Below, piece after piece: positions 26,021 to 37,896 of a DNA stretch of 64,000 nt (position 1 is its first letter; every line of letters starts with the position of its first letter). The stretch comes from Camelus dromedarius. Taxonomy: Eukaryota. The DNA is taken from NCBI RefSeq assembly GCF_036321535.1, contig NC_087437.1, positions 20,090,001 through 20,154,000 on the forward strand, in the 5' to 3' direction. Below the pieces are notes generated by a model. It did not search any database, was not told where the DNA came from, and saw only the letters and a program-made list of their open reading frames with translations. The translations under genes were made by a program, and so were the position numbers.

Positions 26021-28417
26021 AAAGATTCCACTGTGTCAGTCACACACACACACAGGGAAATTCCCTGTGTCCCAGAACTCCAGCCAGGCTACCCCAGACC
26101 ACCTCCTCCCCACCACGGCACAAATAGGCTCCCAGTGACTTTGCCGAGACTGATCGTCAGCCGTGATTGTGGCTGACTGCGTTTTCCTCACTCTGCTCCA
26201 CAAACACACGCTCTAATTTATCACTGGGTCTGAATCTAATTACTTTTAGCATGCATTGAAGGAATTCAACGTGGAGAAGAAAGCCCACGTTCCCTTCTGT
26301 CAAATGAAAAGCCTCTTGCAATTGGAATAATCCATTTATTAATTCAAGAAACATTTGTTGGTCGCTTGTTGTGTAATTCCATAGATTCACCAGGGAGATA
26401 GTGGGTGGCACTCCTGTGGGCATCCCATCTCTGGCGGCAGTAGTGACTGTGCTGTGAGGACCGGGAATGGCCAGATCTGAAATCTTGGAGACTGAAGTCT
26501 TTGAAATGGTTGCTCAGACGTTTGAAAGGAGAGGTGTTTGAAACTAATTGCAAGACAACAGGACCCAGAGTTGAAGCAGCAAGTACTCATGTCCCCTCTG
26601 CTTGCTACTCTCCCACCTTGGTTCCATGCACACATTTCTCTCTCTAACCAGACTCTACAGATACATAGGGTAAGGAGGAGTGAGCAGTCCCACGTCTTCC
26701 CATCCATCACAGACAAGCATCCTGCATCTCAGAATCTCTCTCCAAAGCCTTCTCTGACTGTCCCTGCCTCTCACCTCACTGACGTCTCCCATAAGACTGA
26801 GAGCGTCAGTTCGATGACAGTTTCTGAAACTTTGCCAGAAGTCTAGGAAGGAGAGCCAAGAGTCAGGCAGCGACTGAGGGATAATGAACCTCTTTCTACA
26901 CACATGCACCTTGCAATCCCCAGGGAAAGTGAGCTGGCTGCAATAGCAAGTGTGGCTCTGCCTCTTGGCTTGGTGGCAGCTTAGGGTGGGGGTGGACAGG
27001 AAGAAAGTTAATAACTTTGGAGAGCTGAAAGGTGCGCATCTCAGAAAAGCAAACCTTTCTTTAGCGATGCCAACAACACTACCTGTTAGAAACCTACACT
27101 CATGTTAGAAGGTAGTAACAGCTAGGGGAGTTTCACTCATGCGAAACGAACTTGCAAATGCAGTATTATGTGGAAGCTAAAGCCAGCTACAGATTTCGAC
27201 GCTCAGCACAAAGTTTTGCTGTGGCTGTTGGGTTCCTCAAAGTCCCGTTGGGAGGGACCAGATCTAATGCAGAAAATGGGACGCGTGGTAGGAATGGGTG
27301 TGACTTGTGAGAGCCCCTCCACGTGTTTTATATTTCTAAAAGACCTAAGGACACATTAAATAATGAGCGTCTCGGTGATATAGCACTGTCTCAAAGTGGT
27401 GACAGCGGGTGCTGTGTGTGATTCTGTTCCATTTACCCATTTAATCCTTGCTTGCTAGAAACTTCTTGGGTTCTCTCTTCCCAGATACTTTCCCAGGATA
27501 CTTTCAAGTTCATGTTAGCCTTTTGCGGATGGTAGGCACAGAATGAGGCACTTACTTTGGTTTCTTCTTTGATCCAGGTAATCAATGACTTTCTGCATTG
27601 GCCTCCAGGTTACTGAAGCCTGGGGCTCTCAGTAGTTCTGCTGAGTTAGAGATTAGCTGCTTGAGGTGGAAAAAGTCATTGAGTAAAGTTATCAAAAGAC
27701 CAATCAGGTGTTTCACAAATCCTGGACCTGTCAACGCCTATCCCCACCCACCCTCTTCTGCCAACACCTGAGCAGTTTCTTCTCTCAGACTCCACAGAAA
27801 GCTTAGTCCTATTGGCCCAACCTTAACTCTATTGTTTCACTCCCAACCTAAGAGAATTAGTGCTGGGGAAATGGTACCGAGGATGCTTAAAGGGCAGAGA
27901 GAGGGGCCAGTAACCAGGATGGGATGAGGGAAGACTGTCCAGAGACAGGGACAACTCAGAGAAGTATTTAAGTATTGAAACATAATTAGAAGTGGATGGA
28001 AGAGCTTGTCAAAATACATTTCTTAAAATAAGAAGGGAGAGAGAGAGAGAGAACGTAGCAGTTTCATTTAACTTTTCAATGAAGGAAGCAGCAAGATGAC
28101 AAGACCAGCACAAAAGAGACTGTGAGAACTGGGATTTTACCTAGTCTGTGGGACAAAAAGGAATGCTGAGAAGAGACAGATAAATTAGCTGCAAAGCTGG
28201 GTGACTCCTGCAGGGCAATGAAACTATAACGTTTAAGATTCTTTTCTACCAACCTCTCTTCCTTATCAGAAAACTGATGTTTTCTACATGTTAACCTCTA
28301 ACCTTTACAGAATACAAATTTCTGGGTTCTAATCAATAGTAAGCAGGAGGAAAAACACAGGGGTCCTAATCAATAGTAAACATTTCTAAAAATAGAAACA
28401 GCCAAGTCCCCCTCAAG

Positions 28418-28633
28418 CAGGGGTCAGCAGACTATACTTATAAAGGCCCAGATAGTAAACATTTCAGACCTCGTGGGCCATAAGGTGTCTATGATAACCA
28501 CTCAGTTCTGCTGTCACAGCACAAAATCTGCCTTCACCCATGTTTCAAAATATGTGGCTGTGTTTCAATAAAACTTTATTTACAAAAGCAAGTGGTTAGC
28601 TAGATTTGGTCCACAAGCTGCAGCGTCTACTCC
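28418..28633. mobile_element. MER58A-like hAT-Charlie MITE
   Basis: caggggtcagcagac...aaaggcccagatagtaaacatttcag...ggctgtgtttcaataaaactttatttacaaaa. Confidence 0.85.
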
Positions 28634-28889
28634 AGCAAGACCTTAAAGGGTCACATACTCATTGTTTATTTCCAAATTTTGGCTTTTTTTTTTTTCTTAA
28701 TTTCAAGTAAAGGAAGCAGCAAGTGCGAAGGCATTGGACGTGAGCTCACACATTGCATCTGGGGAGCTATAAGCAAGCAAAAATTCGTGGCGCACCAATG
28801 TGTGAGCTGCATGAAGAGGAATAAAGCTGGGTAAATTAAGGGCGGAAATCAGCCATTGTTTTACCTGTAGCAGTATGTGTACCTGAGTA

Positions 28890-29100
28890 ATACACCTGGG
28901 CGAGAAAGTGAGCCAGACCTGGTTCTAACCCCAATGAGTGAGCTGCAAGGGCTGAGCTAATCTCACTAAACCTCAGTTTTCCTGCTTCAAACACAAGGAT
29001 AATACTGGACCCACCCGAGGGCTGCTGTGACGGTTAAAAGAGATGATGCTTTCCCAGGACTCCACAAGTGATAGCTTTTCATTGTGAAATCATCATTAAT
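28890..29100 (+). mobile_element. MIR SINE
   Basis: gccagacctggttctaacccc...aaacctcagttttcctg...ggctgctgtgacggttaaa. Confidence 0.6.
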
Positions 29101-29409
29101 ATTCTTTACTAATCAAAGCCAATGGGAGGTCCTAGGGCTACAGTTGAATCCACAATCCTTTGTTGGAAAGGGTGGGTGCTGGGATCATGAAGGCGTCATG
29201 AAAAGTCCTATTGCTCCTTTTCTTACCATTTAAGGTCTTTGGTATCTGAGGTTTGGTCTTAAGACCGACTCAATCTTTCCCTTCAATATGCAGCTGGGCT
29301 CTGAGGCCCAGGGTTTCCCGAAACTCCTTAGAACCTCCTCAGAACCTCCTCACCGCCATCCCCAATAGCAGTTTATAAACAGCAAGGGCTCTGGGGACAA
29401 TTACCTTTT

Positions 29410-29414
29410 TTTAA

Positions 29415-29445
<31 letters not shown>

Positions 29446-29673
29446 GAGTACAGTCAGTTTACAATGTTGTGTCAATTTCTGGTGTATAGCACAATGCTTC
29501 AGTCATACATGAATATACATATATTCCTTTTCATATTCTTTTTCACTGTAAGCTACTACAAGATACCAAATATAGTTCCCTGTGCTATACAGTATAAACT
29601 GGTTTATCTATTTTATATGGAAGGGATAAATCGGGAGTTCGAGATTTGTAGACGCTAACTGGTATATATATAT
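29410..29673 (-). mobile_element. Young L1 3' end with 5' inversion and perfect 13-bp TSD
   Basis: Long T run, minus-strand 3'UTR to 29618, then plus-oriented adjacent 3'UTR segment 29619-29673. TSD acaattacctttt at 29397-29409 and 29674-29686. Confidence 0.93.
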
Positions 29674-31401
29674 ACAATTACCTTTTAAACAAAGACACAG
29701 TTCCTGTACTTTTAGCAAAGCTCCTAGGTTAGCAGCCACATTTGCATTCTGACAATGAATGTGCTAATTGAGTGATTCCTTCCCATTCATTAAGGCCCTA
29801 AGAGAGTCTCCAAGAAATACAGCAGCCCCGTTCACTTACGGTCCTGTCAGCAGTGTCCCATGCTTACTCACAGCCACTCTAAAATTGTACCTATGATTAG
29901 ATTTTTTTTCTAATTGGGATCAATTATCTCCTTCAGAGCTGAGGAATTCATCTCTCTCCACCCAACCTCTCTGCATCCTCAGCCACGCCCCTTCTCTTCA
30001 GGGAGCTGCCTCCGTCTCACTCAGGTGGCTAGTAATATCTGCACTCTGTTAGCAGCCTTCAAGCTTACTCAATGGCCACAATGAAACATTAATAAATAAT
30101 GATGGTAAAGTGTTTACTCTGGGCCATTTATGTATCTCTTTTTCACTTCTCAATAATAATACTGTCAGAGTAATGATACAGCTGTCACACAGTGCTGTCC
30201 ATCTTTGCCTGGATTCAAACAAACCGGCTGCCTGGTTAGCCAGCCCAGAGGGACAGCTGCGAGCCCTGAGTCCACCTAAGACTGCAGACTCTGACCTCCA
30301 AGAGTGGACCTAAGGTGGATCTGAAGCCTGAGCCTCCTGGGAAGTGGTCAGCCTGGGCCATCAGTCTCCTGTTCATCCATCACACACGACCACTCGGGAG
30401 TATGCTGGCTTGATCTGCAGTGGCTCCTTGTATTTAGAAAGTAGCTGGGCACACAGCCATGCTGTCTAGGAGAGAGGAAGGAGATGAGGCTGGAAACAGT
30501 TAGGAAAGACCCTCTTGAAAATGGCAAGTGGACCTTCCCACACCTGACAGTGCCCAGCCTCCACGTGATGATGTCACCCTAGCTGCACGGATTGGGGCAG
30601 AACTTCGGGCCCCACTGGACACTGGACGTCCATCTGGGAGTGTTTGCCTACCTGTCTTTGTACGATTTTATACCTTATGTGGTTACAGGCACTTGATGCC
30701 CTTTAGTTATGCAGACATTTCACAGCCTTTGTCAGTCAGTGCACCTTTCCATCCACCATGTTGCCATCCTTCGTAACGTGTCAGCTCATTTCTGTGTTAC
30801 TTCATTTGTGATTGCACTCAAATTGGCCCACACTGGCCACTGTCCTAGCACTTTAAGTGGCACTGCTGGGTGAAGAGGATTTCTGCCCATTGCACAGTCC
30901 CCCCTGACTCCCTCACCCCACCCAGCCACTCAGGCATCTCCTGAGACCCTGTGAGCGTCCACTTCCAAACCATGCAGCTCCAGCCTGTGCTGTGACTACA
31001 GGCACATGGAAGGGGTGAATCTGGAGTAGCCCATGGTTGGTGGGACTCAAGCTCATAAAGTCACCCCTTTTCACTCCCTTCAGTGAGAGAGAGACTCACA
31101 GAGAGACTTTGCTTTCTCACCACTTCCCCTGGCTCATCTTCCTCAGCATCCTCCCTTTGACCCTCGCTAGGCTGCACTTCCAGAAGAGGGCCCCTGACCC
31201 TCTGCACAGGTGGCCTGCTCCCCAGCAGGTGCTCCTCAGGGTGCGTGTCTCTTCAGACCCCGTCACATGCTCCAGCCACACTCTGGAAGGTGTCTGAGGG
31301 AGCACAGGCCTGCTCGCCGCCTGTCTTTGTGAGATCCCGAGTGAGTTAGCAGGGAGAGGATGCACACTCGACTCTCATCATGTTATCAGAGATGCAGATC
31401 A

Positions 31402-31500
31402 GGGAGCTGGGGGTATAGCTCAGTAGGAGAGCGTGTGCTTGGCATGCACGACATCCTGGGTTCAATCCCCAGTATCTCCGTTAAAGGGGTGGGGGGAAAA
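31402..31500 (+). mobile_element. tRNA-Ala-derived SINE (vic-1-like)
   Basis: gggggtatagctcagtaggagagcgtgtgcttggcatgcacgacatcctgggttcaatccccagtatctcc. Flanking repeat gcagatc (31394-31400 and 31501-31507). Confidence 0.9.
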
Positions 31501-34500
31501 GCAGATCCACTAACACTTAAGTCTGAGGAGCTCTACACAAAGGAGTGGTTTTGCTACTAAACTGTGTGCTTATAAAGCTTACCTTTCTTAGAATGGCACT
31601 TTTAATTTGAAAACAGACACCTCTTATTTATTTTTTTTAAACTTAAAGATGAAACTTCACTCTCCTAAGTCAATAGGTTGACTCAGGGAATTCGTCTGCT
31701 GTTTCACATGCTTGTTTTGATGATCTGAGCCTCTCTTTCTGCATCTGTAAAATGGGAATACTAATATCAATCTCAGAGAATGGTTGCAAAATGAGAAAAT
31801 CCACTTAGCATTTAGCACAGGAGTGAATGGGTCAGTAGGCAGGAAGCTGTCAACAGTGTGGGTTCATCAGACACAATGCTGGGGCATCCAGGAGGTGCTG
31901 CCAAGTTTCCGGGGTGAAGGGTCAGTGTGGGTTGGTGCAGCCTCAGAAGTGTCTTGGAGAAGGAGGGTGTTGTCTGTACCCTGTGGGCTGGAGGGATGAG
32001 AGGTTGCCTGGCCTAGTATGATGCGTGATGCAGGGGACAGAAGGCAGGCTGGGGTGGCCCCACTTCCTGTCTCCCACTAGCAGCCCCTCCTCCTCCCAGG
32101 AAGAGCGGGGATGGAAGGTCGTATCCAGACTGTTACAAGGAGAGGTTTTATTTCACTTGAGGGCTACACTTATTTCCTCAGTAGGTGAACATCTGTTTGT
32201 TGCCGTCTCAAATGTCTTTTGTCTTTGACTAAGAATGAATGAAAAGGTGATCATAAATATTTTTTGAGCATCTAATAAAATGCGCGTTAGTGAAGATATA
32301 GCTCGGACATCACCGTGTCCTTCCAGAAGTCTTTCTGGGTCCTGCGGGCCCCTCCCACCCTTCTCAGTGCCTGGTCCTCCAGGACCTGCCATGCTGAATT
32401 CTGATCATTTGTTTCTCCTACTGACTGTGAGCTCCTCTGGAGAAGAGATGGTGGCCAGCAGCCCAAACTGCTTTGGACCCATACCTCAATAAATATGGGA
32501 ATTGAAAGAGAAGACGAACATGGATATAAACCATCACCAGAGGGAGCAGGAAGTGAGCTGGGAGTCTGCAGAGCCAGAGGTCGCTCCCCATGGACAGCTC
32601 AGGAGTGGATCCACAAAGCAGGTCCCTGAAGGAATGCTTGACCCAAAGCCTCTGCAACTGACAAAACTCCCCATGAGCTAAGGCAAGATCGAAGGCTCTT
32701 CCCTATGGATCCGAGATTGGTAATACCTAGGAAAGCAGTTGTCCACCATTAAAAAGAAAACTTTAAATCATTTTGCACTAATGTCCCCATTATCATTTCA
32801 CACGATGAAAAGAGGACAGGAAATTGGAAATTAACACCAACTGGGTGCCAGTTACTCTGTAAGCCACATTACATGGGCTGTTTCAGTCCACAAGGAAGCA
32901 AGCTTACAGAGGAACATGGCCCAGGCCACACAGTCAGTACGAAGCAAAACGGATCCAGGCTTAGACCTCAGATCAGCCACGTAGTAGCTGTGGGGTTTTG
33001 GGCAACTCTCTCCCTGCACTTTAATCTGGACAATGGAGATGAAATGAGATATCTGATGTTAAAGTTCCTAGCAGAGAGACAGGAATGTAGTAGGTGTCTA
33101 ACGGATCTTCGTTTTTGTTAAATTGCTTGAAATGTTACCAGTTAAATTCACTCAGTCACATGCATCTTCTAAAGTGGCAGCATTGGTTACTCTCTGACCG
33201 ATATTACATCAGATGGTTACAGACTGCCCTGCCAGTGGGGCCAGAAAGATTACCTGACCCTACGTGTCTGAACGCTGGCCCAAACCAGCAACATCAGCGC
33301 CACCTCCATGGGCTCGCACTCCAGACACGCTTTCCCGTGGACACAGTCACTCTCATGTCCAGATGCACAGATGTGAGGGCAGACACACAGAGGCCTGCCG
33401 GGAGAGGCTGCCACAGCCTGGAGTGCCCCTCTTTCCTCACACCCCAGTGGAGCAGCTCTCCAGAAGTCTAGCTGTGGATGGAAAGGTGGAGAACCTTCTT
33501 TGGAGTGTGGTGGGCCAGCGTCTCCATGACAATGGCTCCAACTTCCCAGGGCATCCCACTGCTTACAGTCACGACAGCCCTTGACTGAAGATGAATGTGG
33601 CAAGAAAGGGCCCTGCCAACCCTCCTGCGCACTCTGACAGATGTTCTCAGGGCTCAGAAGGTTCTGGCAAAACCAGAAGGACCTAAAAGAGAGCAGATCT
33701 GGTCTGAGCACAGAGCCCCAGAACCCCAGAGACTCCTGAGGCCCAGTCCTGGGGGTGGCCCAGAAGACCCCACATATATTACCCTGCCTCCCTCGGGTAT
33801 GAGAATTTCAGGTCCTAGTTGGGGCTGGCCTGTCATCCCACCCTGGACGCTGCAGTGATATGAGATAACTCATCCTGTCCTAAAGACAGCAGGAAAGTCC
33901 ATGGACACCTGCAGGAGCAGGGCAAGGCTTCACCAAGAGGATGTCATACAGCTGCATGACTCCTCCCATCCCTGCCAGTCATCATGGAGTACCTCCTGTG
34001 TCATTCCTGCTGCTTGGACATCTCCAAGAAGCCTTCCTGGCTTTAGATTGGGCTGTGTGCCTGGGGTATGGATCCCCCAGGCACAGAGTTGTTTATTATT
34101 GCCTGGTTGACCCAAGATGTTCCCTTTATGTGAGGGAGTCAAGAGGACCCAGAACTGGAGCAGAGAAGAGGCAGTGAAAGATGCTGCCTGCAGGGGTCAG
34201 AGCTTAGTGGAGATTCTGTGCTCAATCTCATTTTGTACTTTCTCCACGTGCCTTTAGAATGAGATCTGGAAAAGGGGATATTTGGGACCTGAACTGTATC
34301 ATGTAGAACACAGAGGACTGTGGTTTGGGGTCATCATTTTCAGCCTGGCCAAGGGTCACCAGGGTGCCCCAGGAGCTCTGACTTCGCTGTCTGAGCCATT
34401 AAATCCAGGACTGAGCTGACCAGCCTTGGTGACTTAATACTGAGGAAAGTATAATGCATTTCTGGATTACATGGCAGAAATGACGGCTTTTTTTTATGGA

Positions 34501-36619
34501 TGCTGACAGCCCATTAGCCAGTAGCAAGGGGTTAAGTATGAAGTGCCCTAGAGAGAATGTCTCTTCCTGTTACTGCATGAGCCAGGCTGACGCTGAGGGA
34601 GGCTGCTCTTGCCACATTGGCATCGGGGTTAAGATGTCTTTGGTTCCCCATCAGACCTGACGGCTGGCATCAGACCACAGGAGCTCCCCGTGCTGAGTCA
34701 GAAGGTGGCCCATCAAAGGTGCTTCTCCACTCCGGATCCTGTGAAGCCTGGCTCCCCGGTCTCTCACAATGTCGGGGAGACATGGCCAACGCCTTCTACC
34801 TCCTCTTGGTAAAACTTTCCAAAAGCTTCCTGGATTTAAGGAGCAATGAGAGCTCCTAGAGCCTGCTCTGGGCTGGGGGCCCATGGCCTGGCTGGGTTCT
34901 GGTCCCAGTATGTGGCTAAACAACTGGTGACCTTAGAAGAGACTCTGAACTGTCCTTTTGAGGGCAATGTTTTAATCTGTTAAATTTTTCATCTGTAAAG
35001 TGCCTAAAAATAACCTATCTTCCTGTATTATTAGTATTTAAGATCATTCCCTTAATGAATATGAAAGCACTTAGGAAAACAGAAGGCAATACCAAAGGCA
35101 GGGCTTTAGGAATGCCCTTCAGCCATGGAAATGATTCGAGACTGTGACCTTTTCTTAGATCATGTCTCGCATATTCGAACCTTGAAACAGAGCTGGAAGG
35201 GACCCAAAAGATTATTCTAGACTAATATTATTCTAGTTCCCATACCTGACAGCTGGTTGCTGTGCCCTAAAGCTTTTTAAGAAGAAGAGGTATCAATCCG
35301 CCACCTTCACCTCCCACGCCCTCACTCCAATCCCCCAACTCCGTATTTCCCTGTTAGTCTGGGGCTGGCATGGGTGGTTTTAAATGCCACAGATGCTGTG
35401 TACCTGGGAAGGGAGAAGTTCGTTGGTCAGGCCCTTGGTTTTGTAGGCGCTGATGCAGTGAGTCCGGGTGTAGTGGGGCTCCCTGCGCAGGCACACACGG
35501 AGGCAGTCCCCAGGAGGCAGGAAAAAACCCAAGTGCAGAGGCTGCAGCCAAATGGCCCTCCCAGGCAGCGCTGGCCATCAAACCTGACATCCAGGCATCT
35601 AGCCAAGAGCAACGATCATGTCAATCAAAGATGTCATCTCCAAGTCTGCAGTCACCCCACTACATCGGCTGTGAATGCGGCCCTGAGAATTCATGCAGAG
35701 GCGGGAGATGTCTGTTTATCTGCCAGTGTTTGTGGGAAAAAGCAGCCCATTGTTCTTTCCGCTCAACCTCTGGACTCAGCCCTTCAGGGAAGAGGCTGAG
35801 TGTCCTCATCTCTGCATCCCCTGATTGAGGAAGTCAAACCAGAAAAAATGTTTGGTGGGTGAGTGAGTAAGTGATTGAGTGAATGAACAAAAGCATTTGA
35901 AGTGCCCAAGCAGAGGCTTAAATGTAAACCACGAACATCATCTAATGAAGCCATTTCTGCACTCAACTAGCTCTTCTGTCCTAAATTTTAATTAAGTCAC
36001 TGTAAAAATCATTTTGATAGTTAGCCAGGGCTGTGCTGATGCTAAACATTATGTGTATTCACATTAAGGAAGGAAAAGGAAGAAGAAATGGGGCTTTTGA
36101 CTCTCTGCCTAACTCACAATAAACCATTTATGGTGTTAATTGTTTATAATAACTTAATGACATAATTACTCCCATGTAGGTTGCTTGAAATAATGAAAAT
36201 GCAGAAGGGTCTCAAACTAAACTAGGTTTAAAAAGAAGGCTGGCTTCGCTTCTTATTGGTTGGGTGAGTCTAGTCACATTGCTTAACCTCTGGTCACTCG
36301 GCTGCCTCATCTTTAAATACCTATCTTCTTTCTGAGTTATGACCGTCGAGCTAGAACATGCTCACTTCCAGTTCTGTTCTACTGGCCAGAACTAGTCACT
36401 TGGCCCCAACCTAACTGCAAGGGAGGCTTAAAAATGTGCAGTAAATGTCTAATACCTCTCCTGGTCAGTACAGCTCTGTGCACATTAGTTTTCCCCATTC
36501 CCTGGGAACATATTTATAATTTAGGAAGGAAGAACAGAGGACCAGAAAACCAGGGTCTGGAAATCAAGTGGCCCAGGTCTGAAGCCTTCCTCCTCCCGTA
36601 GCCCATCCTTTCTTTATTC

Positions 36620-36950
36620 CTCCATCCCCGCATGCATCAGCAGGTGTCTGTCAGGCTCCTCAATGTGCTGTGCCGCTGGAGGTAGAGTTGAGGGCAGCCT
36701 CTGATCTCCTGGCACGGATGTTTGGGCAGGGAGGCTTGCAGGAGGCATGGAGCAAAAAACAGACCTCAAACAACTAGAAAATGACCAAATAAATAGAATA
36801 AATTCTGACAGTGATTAGTGCTGGGGTAAATTACAGCTGGCTGAGTGATCATAAGTGCTGGGGGGAGGGGGAGGTGAAGAGGCATTTGAGAGGAGAGTGA
36901 CCAGGAGAGGCCTCTCAGAGGAGCTGACATTTGAATAGAAACTCAGATGT
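36620..36950 (-). mobile_element. L2 fragment
   Basis: gacagtgattagtgct...gagaggcctctcagaggagctgacatttgaatagaaactc. Confidence 0.55.
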
Positions 36951-37096
36951 TTGACGTAGTCACCCACACCAAGTCCTCCACTGAGAAATGAGGATATGGT
37001 ATCAGAGCCAGGAGAGAAGGGTGTGACTTATGGAATAGTGGAGTGAGGAGCTTGGTAAACACTCTCCTCAAAAAAGGACAATAAAACATTTATTTA

Positions 37097-37101
<5 letters not shown>

Positions 37102-37135
<34 letters not shown>
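37102..37135. repeat. (AT)n microsatellite
   Basis: Uninterrupted AT run. Confidence 0.97.
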
Positions 37136-37138
<3 letters not shown>

Positions 37139-37680
37139 ATTATTTCCAGGCGCTAAAAATTGACCAAAACCAAACAACAAACTGGGGGAATATTGTAAAC
37201 AAGTTTGTGCTAATAAACTAGACAACTTCAATGATGGGGGAAAAAATCCCTAAAAAGATATAATGAAAACTGGCTCAAAAAGACATAGAAAGTCTGGATA
37301 GACTTATAACAAGCAAATAAACTGAATTAATAATTAAAAATCTTCCCACAAAGAAAGCCCAGGTGAATTCTGTCACATATTTAAAGAAGAAATAACACCA
37401 ATCCTTCACAAACGCTTCAGGAACTAAAGGAGGAGGAATTACCTAATTCATTTTATGAGGCCAGTATTATCCTGGTACCAAAGTCAAATAAAGACATCGT
37501 TAGAAGACTACAGACCGACGTCTCTTGTGAACATAGATGCAAAAATTCTCAAAATACTGACAAATCAAATACAGTAATATACTAAAAAGATTGTACATCA
37601 TGATCAAGTGGAATTTGTCTGAGGAATCAAAGGCCAGGTTAACAAACAAAAATCAATTAATGTACTGCACCATCTTTTTA

Positions 37681-37896
37681 TTTATTTATTTATGTATTTA
37701 TTTATTTATTTATTTTTGAGTAAAGTTATATTTATTTAGAGATATACATACTGCATAGAGTGTAGGCTGTTTCAGAAGGCAATAGAAAGGCCATGAGGTG
37801 TAGGGGGTAGGGTGCTCAGGTTAAAGTAAAAGTAGATACACACTCCATAGACAGAGTGTGGGCCATCTCCGAAGAGGAGGGAGTGAGAAAGCCCTA
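37681..37896 (-). mobile_element. Polyadenylated LTR-like retroposed insert with TSD, inside L1
   Basis: Body 37718-37894, minus-strand AATAAA at 37731-37736, (AAAT)n tail 37681-37717. TSD caccatcttttta at 37668-37680 and 37897-37909. Confidence 0.85.

Noticed and set aside
31409..31480. Functional tRNA-Ala gene
   Set aside because: GGC at the anticodon position, altered D-loop, flanking direct repeat, no adjacent T-run terminator; three related SINE copies occur in the window.
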